Shown: piece by piece, positions 1-9,756 of the stretch
Position numbering within the stretch: position 1 is the first letter of the stretch
How the letters are laid out: every line of letters begins with the position of its first letter
Assembly (NCBI GenBank): GCA_021783595.1
Contig: JAJXTS010000004.1
Span: 1 to 44,329 of the forward strand
DNA length: 44,329 nt
Reading direction: 5' to 3'
Source of the DNA: Chloroflexota bacterium
GTDB taxonomy: Bacteria; Chloroflexota; Limnocylindria; Limnocylindrales; CSP1-4
Made by a program: the position numbers and the translations under genes
Notes under the pieces: model-generated
The model's database searches: none
Told to the model about the DNA's origin: nothing
The model's input: only the letters and a program-made list of their open reading frames with translations

Positions 1-2
1 TG

Positions 3-1475
3 TCAGCTCCTGCCGAAGCCCTCCGGCACGCCCGGCAGCGCCTCGCCCAGCCCGAACGGCGCCCCGGCCTCGCGCACGCGAGCGGCCATCGCCGCCGCGA
101 CGCCGGCGTCCACCGCAGGCAGCGGGTGCGTCGCCATGATCTCCTCGACCCGGCCGCGCGCCCGGCCGAACGCATCCTCGCCGCCGGCGTCGAGCCATGC
201 GCGCCGGGACTGGCGGTCGATGATCCGCGACGGCAGGTACTGCTCGGACTTGAACAGCCTCCGCGTCTCGGGCAGCTCGAGGAACCGGCCCTCGGGCCCG
301 GCCTCCGCGAACGACCCCGTCGCGAGCGTCTCGGTCGGCGTGCCGATCCCGCGGAGCAGCCGCTGCGCCATGCCGATCGCCTCGGCGTCCACGACGAGCT
401 TCTCGGCCGACTGCGCGAGCAGGAAGTCGAGCATGCCCGGGCCGGAGATGAGGTCCACGCCGGCCAGCGCGCCGACGAGCGCGGTCATCCCCGTCTCGAG
501 GCCCGCCTGCGCGTCCACGATCTTCGAGTCCGTGGCGCCCATGTAGGCGTGCGTCGGCAGGCCGAGCCGGTGCCCGACCGCGGCGTACCCGCCGTCGATC
601 ATCGCGGTCTCGATCGCGCCCATCGCCGTGGCGCCCGTCCGCATGTCCACGATCGCCGGGGCGCCGCCCCACACGATGGGGGCGCCGGGAGCGGCCAGCT
701 GGTTGAGCACGACGCCCGCGAGGCACTCTGCTGCGTGCTGCACAATCGACCCGATGAGCGTCACCGGCGCCGCGACGCCAGCCAGCGGCATCGAGACCAT
801 CTCGGAGGGCACCCCCGCCCGGCCGAGGTCCATGATGTTGCGGCAGGCGAACTCGGACCAGGTCAGCGGCGGCGAGGGGCACACGTCGAACACGGCTCGG
901 GGCTTGTCGGCGAGTGCCTGCCGGCCGCCCGCGTCGAGCGCCAGGAGATCGACCATGACGCCCGAGCCGCGCGGCGTGAACGCCCCGGTGACGATGGGCT
1001 TGTCCGAGTTGGCGAGGCAGACGAGGAGCCGGTACAGGTCGCCGATCTCGGTGGGCACGTCATGGCAGACGATCGCGGTCGAGACGGCGTCGTACGCCGG
1101 CAGCGCGTCGGCGACGCGCGTGAGCCGGGCGAGGTCCGCGGCCATCGACTGGCGGGCCTCGAGCGTGATCGGGTCCAGGTACGCCACGCCGGAGGAACCC
1201 GGGTCGAAGTGGACGGCGCCCGATCCGTAGCGGACCGCGGGCTTGCCCGACCGCGTGTACAGGTCGAAGGCGTGCGGGACGGTGTCGAGCGCCCGCTGGA
1301 CCATCGCCTGGGTGATCGCCACCCGGTTGCCGTCGGCGGTCCCGCCCGCGCCCACGAGCAGGCGGACGGCCTCGGGCTCCTCGACCTTGACGCCGGGGCT
1401 GGCGAGCAGCGCCAGCGCCTCGTCCACGACGCGGTCGATCAGGGCGGGATCGAGGAGCTCGAAGCTGGGTCGCAT
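3..1475 (-). CDS. mttB: Trimethylamine methyltransferase (MttB) superfamily protein, non-pyrrolysine
   Basis: 490 aa. MttB-like motifs (PVTLIGSIVQHAAECLAGVVLNQL, PGAPIVWGG, TDSKIVDAQAGLE, FKSEQYLPSRIIDRQSR). No in-frame TAG. GGAGA SD upstream. Substrate unknown. Confidence 0.9.
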   Translation of the reverse strand: MRPSFELLDPALIDRVVDEALALLASPGVKVEEPEAVRLLVGAGGTADGNRVAITQAMVQRALDTVPHAFDLYTRSGKPAVRYGSGAVHFDPGSSGVAYLDPITLEARQSMAADLARLTRVADALPAYDAVSTAIVCHDVPTEIGDLYRLLVCLANSDKPIVTGAFTPRGSGVMVDLLALDAGGRQALADKPRAVFDVCPSPPLTWSEFACRNIMDLGRAGVPSEMVSMPLAGVAAPVTLIGSIVQHAAECLAGVVLNQLAAPGAPIVWGGAPAIVDMRTGATAMGAIETAMIDGGYAAVGHRLGLPTHAYMGATDSKIVDAQAGLETGMTALVGALAGVDLISGPGMLDFLLAQSAEKLVVDAEAIGMAQRLLRGIGTPTETLATGSFAEAGPEGRFLELPETRRLFKSEQYLPSRIIDRQSRRAWLDAGGEDAFGRARGRVEEIMATHPLPAVDAGVAAAMAARVREAGAPFGLGEALPGVPEGFGRS

Positions 1476-1572
1476 GGGATCTCCGGACTGGGCGGGGTGG
1501 GGCGCCCGACCGGGCGGGGCCGGGCGCCGGGACTGGCGACGGGGTCGGCCCCGCGGCCAGTGGGATCAGGGG

Positions 1573-3036
1573 TCAGGCGCCGAGGGCGGCCTTGCGGTGC
1601 CCCTCGACGAGCCCGACGAGCTCGCGGTCGAGCGCCGGGTCCAGCGGTTCGGGATGGTGGTTCCGGATCAGATGCCGCGCTTTCTCGAGCGCGTCGCGGT
1701 GGTACTTGTCCGGGTCGTCGTGCCACTGGCCGTACGTGCGCCGGTCCAGGTAGCTGGCCTTCCACAGGCCCTTCATCGCCGTGCGCGTGTGCGGGAGCGT
1801 CAGGTACTCGCCGCCCGGCCCCACCTCGGCGATGGCCTCGAGCGAGAGCGCCTCGTCGTCGAACGGGATGCCGCGCAGCATCGCCTCCACGATCGACGCG
1901 ATCTCCGCGTCGAGGATCATCTGCTCGAACGACCAGATCCTCGACCCGTGCAGCAGGCCAACGCCGAGGAGCATGTCCGAGCCGGCGACAGAGGCCATGA
2001 ACGACGACAGCCCGTTCTCGAGGCCGGCCTGCCAGCCGGACGTCTTGTCGCCGGTGGCGAACGCGCCCATCGAGAGCGGCACGTTGTAGAAGTCCGCGAG
2101 GGCGTTGGTGGCCGCGCCGAACAGGAAGTCCTCGGGCCCGCCGCCGGTGTAGGCGCCGGTCCGCAGGTCCATCGCGGTCTGCGCGGCCGCGTAGTAGACG
2201 GGCGAGCCCGGGTACGCCAGCTGCATCAGCGCCATGGCGCTCACGACCTCGGCGTTGCCCACGACCAGCGACCCGGCGATGGTCGCCGGCCCGGAGAACG
2301 CGCACGACGCCATGGTCATGAAGCCCACCGGCACGCCGGCCTCGGCCGCGATCAGGGAGGCCTCGATCGGGCCGCCGTCGTGGGCCAGCGGGCTGATCGT
2401 GCACTGCATCAGCGAGAGCACGGGACGCCGGCGCAGGGCCTCGCGCCCGCCGGCCACCGCCGCCGCCATGGCGATCGCGGTGCGGGCGTCCTCGGCCGTG
2501 ACCACGGTCTCGGTCTGGACGTGCTTGGTGGAGTTGCGCCAGACGGCGAGCAGCTCCTCGTGGGTGCGCGTCGCCGGGTCCGAGTCCTGCGCGGAAACGG
2601 CGACCCAGTGGAAGCCCACCTGGCCGAGCGCGTCGGCGACGCGGGCGATGTCCGCGACGTCCTGCAGCGAGGACCGGCGGACCTGGAGCGTCCACGGGTC
2701 CAGCACCTCGATGCCGCAGCCGTCGGTGGCGATGTGGACGTGGTGGCCGTCGAGCGGCAGGTCCTGGGCCGGGTTCCGCGCGGCCAGGGTGTACGCCGGC
2801 GGGGCCGTCTTGAGCGCGGCCTCGATGACGTGCGCGGGCACCTTCACGATGCTCGTCGCGCGGTCCACGGTGGCGCCGTGGGCAGCCCAGATGTCGAGGG
2901 CCTGCTCGGACGGGAACTTGACGCCGACCTTCTCGATGACCTCGAGGGTGGCCTGGTGGATGCGGTTGATGGCGGCGGGCGAGAGCACCTCGAGACGAGG
3001 GCGCACCCCAGCAGCTGTTGCCGGTGCCGTGTTCAT
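1573..3036 (-). CDS. mttB: Second MttB-superfamily methyltransferase, non-pyrrolysine
   Basis: Start at MNTAPATA with GGAGG SD. Motifs INRIHQATLEVIEKVGVKF, ISPLAHDG, PATIAGSLVVGNAEVVS, WQAGLE, EVGPGGEYL. Confidence 0.9.
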   Translation of the reverse strand: MNTAPATAAGVRPRLEVLSPAAINRIHQATLEVIEKVGVKFPSEQALDIWAAHGATVDRATSIVKVPAHVIEAALKTAPPAYTLAARNPAQDLPLDGHHVHIATDGCGIEVLDPWTLQVRRSSLQDVADIARVADALGQVGFHWVAVSAQDSDPATRTHEELLAVWRNSTKHVQTETVVTAEDARTAIAMAAAVAGGREALRRRPVLSLMQCTISPLAHDGGPIEASLIAAEAGVPVGFMTMASCAFSGPATIAGSLVVGNAEVVSAMALMQLAYPGSPVYYAAAQTAMDLRTGAYTGGGPEDFLFGAATNALADFYNVPLSMGAFATGDKTSGWQAGLENGLSSFMASVAGSDMLLGVGLLHGSRIWSFEQMILDAEIASIVEAMLRGIPFDDEALSLEAIAEVGPGGEYLTLPHTRTAMKGLWKASYLDRRTYGQWHDDPDKYHRDALEKARHLIRNHHPEPLDPALDRELVGLVEGHRKAALGA

Positions 3037-3119
3037 GCGTGCCTCCGGCCGGGTCGGCTGGCGACCCGGCAGCGTGTGCGGGGCGGCGGGCCGCCCCGGG
3101 GATCGCTGCGCGAGGGCGG

Positions 3120-3767
3120 TCAGGCCCCGACGAGCTGGCGGACGAGGGCCACCGCCCCGATGGCATCCTCGCTGTACCCGTCGGCGCCGATCTCGGCCGC
3201 CCAGGTCGCGGACGCGGGGGCGCCGCCGACGATGACCCGGCACTTGGGGCGCAGGCCGGCCGCGTCGAATTTCTCGACCACCGTGCGCTGGCCGGCCATC
3301 GTGGTGGTCAGCAGCGCCGACACGCCGACGATGTCCGCGCCGTGCTCCTGCGCCGCCGCGACGAAGCGGTCCGGGTCCACGTTGACGCCGAGGTCGTGGA
3401 CCTCGAAGCCGCTCGTGGCGAGCATCATGCCCACGAGGTTCTTGCCGATCTCGTGGATGTCGCCCTTGACCGTGCCCAGCACGACCCGGCCCAGCACGTG
3501 GCGCTCGGTGGCCTCCGCCTTCATGACCGGCTCAAGGATGGCGACGGCCCTCTGCATCGCGCGGGCGGACAGCATCATGTCGGGCAGGAAGAGCTCGCCG
3601 ATGGCGAACTGCTCGCCGACGTACGTCAGGCCCGGCACGAAGCCCTTGTCGATCGCGTCCAGGGGCGGGACACCGTTCGCCAGCGCCCGCTCGGCCAGGG
3701 CAGCCGATGCAGCCGCGTCGCCGTCGATGACCGACTGGCGCATCTGGGCGAACAGTTCCTCGCTCAT
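3120..3767 (-). CDS. Corrinoid (B12-binding) methyltransferase partner protein
   Basis: Cap domain (GEQFAIGELFLPDMMLSARAM) plus B12-binding motif GTVKGDIHEIGKNLV...SALLTTTM...IVGGAP. GGAGGA SD upstream of MSEELF. Confidence 0.93.
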   Translation of the reverse strand: MSEELFAQMRQSVIDGDAAASAALAERALANGVPPLDAIDKGFVPGLTYVGEQFAIGELFLPDMMLSARAMQRAVAILEPVMKAEATERHVLGRVVLGTVKGDIHEIGKNLVGMMLATSGFEVHDLGVNVDPDRFVAAAQEHGADIVGVSALLTTTMAGQRTVVEKFDAAGLRPKCRVIVGGAPASATWAAEIGADGYSEDAIGAVALVRQLVGA

Positions 3768-3814
3768 GTCGTCATTCCTCCGGTCGCCGCGCCGGCACGC
3801 GCCGGCGGTGGGGT

Positions 3815-3828
3815 GCGTCACGTGACGC
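3815..3828. promoter_or_regulatory. Perfect 14-bp palindrome GCGTCACGTGACGC, candidate operator
   Basis: Seen directly in the divergent intergenic region between the corrinoid gene and RACo. Function inferred. Confidence 0.3.
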
Positions 3829-4102
3829 GGATCAGGTCCCGAGCGGCGTCCGGGGTGGCGGGACGGCGGGTTCGTGCCCGTGCCCGACACGGCCGACGGC
3901 CGGCGCCCATGGCTCCGGCGACCGGCACGGACAGTCGCAGGATGATGGATATCACCTTATTGGCACGGCGGGGACGGCCTGATGCGCGGCAAGGAACGCC
4001 CTCCCGCGTGGCGCCGGAGCGGCGGCTGCCCGGCGGGGGAGCCGAGGCGGAAGGTCCCATCCCCGCGGGCCGCACGGCTGGGCGGGTTGCGGGGGTCCCA
4101 AC

Positions 4103-4108
4103 TAGACT
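4103..4108 (+). promoter_or_regulatory. -10 hexamer TAGACT, likely leaderless promoter for the RACo gene
   Basis: TAnnnT exactly 6 nt before ATG 4115, with no SD. Confidence 0.6.
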
Positions 4109-4114
4109 TCCCGC

Positions 4115-5734
4115 ATGCCCGATTTCGTCCACGGGTCCGAGCGGCGCCCGCTCGTGCCCGGCCAGACCATCTTCGACGTGGCCGGCGAGCTGTCCGTGGT
4201 GGTTCCCGCCTCGTGCAACAAGACGGGCCGCTGCCACGAGTGCGTGGTGGAGATCCGGTCGGGCGGCAGCCAGCTCGCGCCGCGAACCGAGGAGGAGTCG
4301 TTCCTCGGCCCCACGTTCCGCCTCGCGTGCCAGGCGCGGGTGGCCGCGGCCGAGGAGGACGTGGAGTTCAGCGTCCTGCGCCGTCGCCTGCGGATCCTGC
4401 TGGCGCCGGACGAGCAGCGAGCGGACCTGGACCTCGACCCCGCCGTGCGGGAGGTGAACGGCCACCTCGTCGCGGACGACGGCACGGACCTCGGGGTCGC
4501 GGGCGGGGCGCCGGTCGGGGTCGCCGTGGACATCGGGACCACGACCGTGGTGCTGGAGCTGGTGGACCTGCGGACGGGCGCCGTGCTGGCGATCGCGTCC
4601 ATCGAGAACCCCCAGCGCTTCGGCGGCAGCGACGTGATGACCCGCATCACGTACGAGGCCGAGGTGCCGGGCGAGCTCCGCCTCTCGTTGCGGCGGGCGC
4701 TCAACCACGAGCTCAAGCGGCTGTGCGCGGACCTGGGCCTGGACCGCAAGCAGCTCGTGGAGATGGTGATCGTCGGCAACCCGACGATGCGCGACCTCGC
4801 GCTCAACCTGGACATCCTGCCCATCGGCCGGCTGCCGTACCGCTCGGTCACCGAGACGGCGTGGCGCGACGGCACGGCGCCGTCCACGATGGTCTCGCGG
4901 CGCGCCCACGAGCTGGGCCTGCTCATCCACCCGCAGGCACGGGTGGTCGCGGGGCCCCTCATCGCCTGCCATGTTGGCGCGGACGCCGCCGCGGACCTCG
5001 TGGCGGTGGACGCGATCGAGCGGGGCGGCTCGTTCCTGCTGGTGGACATCGGCACCAACACCGAGATCGTCGCCTCGGACGGGCACCGCATCCTGGCCGC
5101 CTCCAGCCCGGCCGGGCCCGCGTTCGAGGGCGGCGGCGTCCGCTACGGGATGCCCGGCGCCGACGGCGCAATCGAGAAGGTCGGCCTGCGGGACGGCCGG
5201 TTCCAGATCGAGGTCATCGGCGACGCGCCGCCCGAGGGGATCTGCGGGTCCGGCCTGGTGGACCTGCTCGCGGTCCTGCGGCGCTCGGGCCGGATGACCG
5301 ATCGCGGAGCCTTCGCGGACCGCGCGGACGAGTTCCGGATCGTGGACCAGCCCCGCATCACCCTCTCGCGCGCCGATGTGGGCCACCTCTCGATCGCGAA
5401 GGCGGCGACCGCGGTCGGCCAGCGCGTCCTGCTCCGGCGGCTCGGCCTGCGGCCCGAGGACCTCGACCGCGTGTACCTCGCCGGCGGCTTCGCCAATGCG
5501 CTCGACATTCGCACCGCGGTGGAGATCGGCCTCCTGGTGGACGCCCGTCCCGAGCGCATGACCCGCGTGGGCAACGCGTCCATCGCCGGCGCCCGAGCGC
5601 TGCTCCTGTCCCGGCGCCGTCGGGCCGAGCTCGACGACATCGTTCGCCGCATCGAGCACGTGGAACTAGAGTCCGAGCCGGACTTCTTCGACATGTTCAC
5701 CGACGGCTGCCTGTTCGACCCCATCGCTGTCTGA
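4115..5734 (+). CDS. Reductive activator of corrinoid proteins (RACo/ASKHA, DUF4445) with N-terminal [2Fe-2S] domain
   Basis: SCNKTGRCHEC...RLACQ ferredoxin motif; VDIGTTT, NPQRFGGSDVMTRI, DIGTNTEI, AGPAFEGG, GICGSG, LAGGF. Confidence 0.92.
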   Translation: MPDFVHGSERRPLVPGQTIFDVAGELSVVVPASCNKTGRCHECVVEIRSGGSQLAPRTEEESFLGPTFRLACQARVAAAEEDVEFSVLRRRLRILLAPDEQRADLDLDPAVREVNGHLVADDGTDLGVAGGAPVGVAVDIGTTTVVLELVDLRTGAVLAIASIENPQRFGGSDVMTRITYEAEVPGELRLSLRRALNHELKRLCADLGLDRKQLVEMVIVGNPTMRDLALNLDILPIGRLPYRSVTETAWRDGTAPSTMVSRRAHELGLLIHPQARVVAGPLIACHVGADAAADLVAVDAIERGGSFLLVDIGTNTEIVASDGHRILAASSPAGPAFEGGGVRYGMPGADGAIEKVGLRDGRFQIEVIGDAPPEGICGSGLVDLLAVLRRSGRMTDRGAFADRADEFRIVDQPRITLSRADVGHLSIAKAATAVGQRVLLRRLGLRPEDLDRVYLAGGFANALDIRTAVEIGLLVDARPERMTRVGNASIAGARALLLSRRRRAELDDIVRRIEHVELESEPDFFDMFTDGCLFDPIAV

Positions 5735-5744
5735 GGTTGTTGCC

Positions 5745-7490
5745 ATGAGCCCCGCGCCCAACCCCGCCGACGCCGCGTCCGCCCCGGCAGCCCCTTCCGC
5801 CGGTCCCGGCGCCCTGCGCGCGGCCCTGTCCTCGCCGGCCTCGTTCGCCACCGTGGTGGAGCTGGTGCCCTGGGCGGGCGAGCTCGTGGACCCCAAGGGC
5901 GCCTCGCAGCTCAAGGCCGCCCGGGAGCTGGCCGGCAATCCGCGGGTCACCGCGATGTCCATCACCGACAACGCGGGCGGCCACGCCAAGCTCTCGCCGT
6001 CCGCGCTCGGGGCCGAGGTCGCCAAGCTCGGCCATGACGCCATCGTCCACGTCGCCTGCCGCGACCGCTCGCGCAACGCGCTCCAGAGCTTGGGCTGGGA
6101 GCTGCTCAGCCGCGGGCTCACCTCGGTGCTCGCGCTGACCGGCGACTACCCGGAGTCCGGCTACGAGGGCCTGTCGCGGCCGGTCTTCGACATCGACTCC
6201 GCGGCGCTGCTCCACATGTATCGCGGCCTGGGCGAGGAGGCGGCGGCCAAGGCCGCGGCGGCCGACCCGGAGGCGGACCCGAACGCCCACCGGTTCCTGC
6301 TGGGCTGCGCCATCGACCCCTACAAGCGCGTCGAGCGCGACCTCGTGCCGCAGTACCTCAAGCTCGCGCTCAAGGTGCGCAGCGGGGCGGACTACGCCAT
6401 CGCGCAGGTGGGCTACGACGCGCGCAAGCTGGCCGAGCTGCTGGCGGTCATCCGGCGCGACAGCCTGGGCATCCCGGCCGTCGCCAACGCGTACATCCTC
6501 TCGGCGCCGGTCGCCCGGGCCTTCAACGCCGGCAAGGTCCCCGGCTGCGTGGTCACCGACGACCTGCTCGCGGTGGCCGAGCAGCAGGCCAAGGCGGCCG
6601 ACAAGGGCCGCGCGTTCTTCCTCGAGTTCGCGGCCAAGCAGGCCATCGTGGCGCGCGGGCTCGGCTTCAAGGGCGTCTACTTCTCCGGCCACCGCAACGC
6701 GGGCGAGATCGCCAAGATCCTCGAGCTGATCGACGCCCACCCGGCCGACGACTGGAAGGCGCTCCTGCCGGACGTCTCGTGGGCGCTGCCGGCCGCGTTC
6801 CAGCTGTTCGAGCGCGATGGGGACGGCCTGCCCACGGGTGCGCCCGCCAAGGCCTACGCCCGCTCGATCACGCCAGCGGCCCGCAAGGCGGCCCGGTCCA
6901 AGGTGGACCCGCTCTACCGCTTCAGCCGGATCGTGCACCAGCGCGCGTTCGAGCCGGGCGTGCCCGGGTTCAACGCCTGGGGCAAGGTCTTCGAGCAGAT
7001 CGAGCAGCACAAGCTCGACAAGCCGGTCCACGTGTTCGAGCAGGCCGTCAAGCTGCCCATGTACGACTGCCGGGACTGCGGCGACTGCTCGCTGCCCGAC
7101 ATCGCCTACCTGTGCCCCGAGAGCCACTGCCAGAAGAACCAGCGCAACGGTCCGTGCGGCGGCGCGCACGACGGCCTGTGCGAGGTACCGGGCCACACCT
7201 GCATCTGGGCGGACGCCTACAAGCGCCTCAAGCCGTACGGCGAGGAGCTCGCGATGCTCGACCGGGCGCCGGTGTTCCAGGACAACACGCTGCGGCGCAC
7301 CTCCGCCTGGGGCAACGCGTTCCTCGACCGGGACCACATCGCCAAGCGGCTGGGCCGCGCCAGGCTCCCCGAGGCCGCGCCCGCGCCGGCGCCCAAGCCT
7401 GCGCTGGCGGCCCCGAAGCCGGATGCTGCGCCGGCCGGCCCCAAGCCCGACGCCGAGGGGCCGGCCCCCAAACCCGACGCGACCAGGTGA
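5745..7490 (+). CDS. metF: Methylenetetrahydrofolate reductase with fused C-terminal MetV/MTHFR_C-like Cys-rich domain
   Basis: ITDNAGG, HVACRDRSRNALQS, LALTGDYP, K..SGADYAIAQVGYD; C-terminal CRDCGDC...CPESHCQKNQRNGPCGG...C...CIW. Confidence 0.85.
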   Translation: MSPAPNPADAASAPAAPSAGPGALRAALSSPASFATVVELVPWAGELVDPKGASQLKAARELAGNPRVTAMSITDNAGGHAKLSPSALGAEVAKLGHDAIVHVACRDRSRNALQSLGWELLSRGLTSVLALTGDYPESGYEGLSRPVFDIDSAALLHMYRGLGEEAAAKAAAADPEADPNAHRFLLGCAIDPYKRVERDLVPQYLKLALKVRSGADYAIAQVGYDARKLAELLAVIRRDSLGIPAVANAYILSAPVARAFNAGKVPGCVVTDDLLAVAEQQAKAADKGRAFFLEFAAKQAIVARGLGFKGVYFSGHRNAGEIAKILELIDAHPADDWKALLPDVSWALPAAFQLFERDGDGLPTGAPAKAYARSITPAARKAARSKVDPLYRFSRIVHQRAFEPGVPGFNAWGKVFEQIEQHKLDKPVHVFEQAVKLPMYDCRDCGDCSLPDIAYLCPESHCQKNQRNGPCGGAHDGLCEVPGHTCIWADAYKRLKPYGEELAMLDRAPVFQDNTLRRTSAWGNAFLDRDHIAKRLGRARLPEAAPAPAPKPALAAPKPDAAPAGPKPDAEGPAPKPDATR

Positions 7491-7567
7491 CCGCGGCGCG
7501 GGGCGCGACCGCCCTCGCCCCGCCGCCCGCCGCGACCGGGTGACCGCGACGCGTCGCGCGGGCGACG

Positions 7568-8311
7568 TCAGGCTGCCGGGACCGCCTTGACGACGCCCTC
7601 GTCCCAGCTCATCGCCAGCCGCTCGCCCGGCTGGAGCACGAGCATGTCGTCGTCCCACTCGCCGTAGACCAGCTTGCGCAGGAGGACCATCGAGCCCTCC
7701 ATCTGGTCGAACGCCCAGCCTCGCCGATCTGCCTGCTCGCGCGCGTACGCCGCCGAGGCGGTCTCGTCGGCCACGCCCATCTGCACGAAGGCCGCCCGCT
7801 GGTAGTGCGACTTCCAGGCCCCCATGACCTCCATCAGGTAGTCGGCGTTGTCCTCCCCGTACTTCTCGACGTACTCGGCGCGGATCGCGTCCATGTCGTC
7901 GTCGGCATCGCCGGACACCCCGAGCCCGATGGACTTGGCGTTGTACCCCTGGTTCCGCTCCACCTGGTCGTTCACGTACCAGTACGTGGTCGAGGCCCCG
8001 AACTCCGAGGCGTATCGCTCCCGGTCGCCCAGGAACAGCGTGATGCAGTCGTGGGCGCGGGGCAAGACCACCGGCGTGGCGCGGGCCACGATCCCCGCGG
8101 TCGCGCCGCCGCACAGGCCGTAGCCGAGGACGATGGCGTCGTAGCCCGGCTCCACCGCGTCGATCTCGCGCTGGAGGATGTCGCGCAGCTTGATCGGCTC
8201 GTTGTGCAGGCCGCGGGCGAAGAGCCGGATGTCCACCACGTGAGGCGAGCGGGCGGCGTTGAGGTAGACGGGTCGGGCGACGACGTCGCACGAGATCACG
8301 AGCAGCTTCAT
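7568..8311 (-). CDS. DUF1638 family protein (often associated with corrinoid methyltransferases)
   Basis: MKLLVISCDV, GLHNEP, LGYGLCGG, PRAHDCITLFLGD, EYVEKYGEDNADYL. Confidence 0.8.
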   Translation of the reverse strand: MKLLVISCDVVARPVYLNAARSPHVVDIRLFARGLHNEPIKLRDILQREIDAVEPGYDAIVLGYGLCGGATAGIVARATPVVLPRAHDCITLFLGDRERYASEFGASTTYWYVNDQVERNQGYNAKSIGLGVSGDADDDMDAIRAEYVEKYGEDNADYLMEVMGAWKSHYQRAAFVQMGVADETASAAYAREQADRRGWAFDQMEGSMVLLRKLVYGEWDDDMLVLQPGERLAMSWDEGVVKAVPAA

Positions 8312-8469
8312 CGGGTGGCGGTCCTCATGGGCCCGATCGTAGCAGCGGCCCTCGCCGACCCGGCGCGTGGGCCTGGCCGGGCCGACGCAGTCCCGCGCGG
8401 TCTCGGCGAGCTCTGGCGGCGGTCCCGCGGCCGGGGCAGGTTTCGACGACGCGGGGCATGCTTGGCGCG

Positions 8470-9624
8470 ATGACCGAACCGCACCGACCCTCCCGATCCT
8501 GGAACCCCGCCCCCGCGGAAGACCTACCCGCACCGCGTCGGCGGCCCGCCGAGGAGCGGGCGGCCCTCGCCGCATCGTCCCGCCGCGCCACGCGCCTGGC
8601 GGTCGTCGCCATCGTGGTCGCCGGCATCGCGCTCGGCCTCACGGTCTGGCGCGCGACGGCCCCGTCCGGCGCCTCGTGCCTGACCGACGTCTGGAGCGCC
8701 CAGCCCGCGGCGAGCGAGATTCCCAGCGGGTGGGTCATGGCGGGCACCACGTTCGACACCAACCGCCGCACGACGCAGTACGTCGGCCCGGCCTCGAGCG
8801 CCGGCTCGGGCAGCCCGAACGTGCTGGCCACCGTCACGTGCTTTCCGGACGGCGCGGCCGATGCCGTGGCGCGCGCGGAGGCGGCGGCCCGCTCCATCGG
8901 CCAGCTGGTGAGCACGAAGAGCGACCTCTCCGACGGCGGGTTCGAGGCGACCGACACGTCTGGCGCGATCTTCCTGGAGTTCCGCCGAGGCGCCATCGTG
9001 GTGGACCTCGCGGCAGCCAACGGCGCCACGCCCACCGACATCGAGACCGTGGCGTCGGGCTTCGACAAGGCGCTCGGCGGTGACGGCGGGGCCATCGCCA
9101 CCCCGGCGCCCTCGAGTTCCGGCGCGGCGGCGTCCTCGGCCCCGGCCGCCTCCGGGAGCCCGACCGGGCTCACGCACGACGCCCCGGAACTGGAGAAGCT
9201 GCTGCCCACCCAGATCGCCGGCGTCACCCTCACGGTGGACAGCGCCCTCGGCGGCACCGTGCTGACGTCGGACGCGGGCGGCCGGGCCGCGATCGCCGCC
9301 CTCAAGGCCAAGGGCAAGGTCCCGAACGACCTGCGCTACGCCGAGGCCCTCGACCAGACGCAGACCCTGCAGGTCAGCGTGGTCGCGCTGTCAGTCAACG
9401 GCCTGAGCGCCGCGGACACGAAGGCGATGCTCCTCGACTGGTTCCAGCTCTCGGGGCCGGGCGTGACGCACGCGGAGGTCACCCTGGCCGGCAAGACCTG
9501 GACGAAGTACGACCTGGGGGACGAGGGCGCGATCAACTACTTCCGCACCAGCGGCACGGCGGTCATCGTGATCACGACCGCCGACCCGGCGCTCGCCGCG
9601 GAGGCCGCCGCGGCGATGCCCTGA
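8470..9624 (+). CDS. Hypothetical membrane-anchored extracytoplasmic protein, two domains with Ser/Ala/Pro linker
   Basis: One N-terminal hydrophobic helix (LAVVAIVVAGIALGLTVW), a low-complexity linker and GC-ending codon usage. Start at 8458 or 8470. Confidence 0.7.
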   Translation: MTEPHRPSRSWNPAPAEDLPAPRRRPAEERAALAASSRRATRLAVVAIVVAGIALGLTVWRATAPSGASCLTDVWSAQPAASEIPSGWVMAGTTFDTNRRTTQYVGPASSAGSGSPNVLATVTCFPDGAADAVARAEAAARSIGQLVSTKSDLSDGGFEATDTSGAIFLEFRRGAIVVDLAAANGATPTDIETVASGFDKALGGDGGAIATPAPSSSGAAASSAPAASGSPTGLTHDAPELEKLLPTQIAGVTLTVDSALGGTVLTSDAGGRAAIAALKAKGKVPNDLRYAEALDQTQTLQVSVVALSVNGLSAADTKAMLLDWFQLSGPGVTHAEVTLAGKTWTKYDLGDEGAINYFRTSGTAVIVITTADPALAAEAAAAMP

Positions 9625-9756
9625 CGCCCGAGCGGGTCTCGGGCCGCGCAGCGGCGATGTCCCGGCCGTGCGGCACCTGACGTCCGGGGCCGACCCGGCT
9701 ATGCTGCACCGACGCGGGCAGATGAACCGTCGCACCGGAAGTCTCGGGGGAGCGCC

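Noticed and set aside
3-3036. Pyrrolysine recoding in the mttB genes
   Set aside because: Both frames are uninterrupted and the Pyl-equivalent position is Ala. No pyl genes are in the window.
3768-4114. Cobalamin riboswitch upstream of the corrinoid or RACo genes
   Set aside because: No B12-box or core consensus recognised on either strand. An Infernal search would be needed to exclude it fully.
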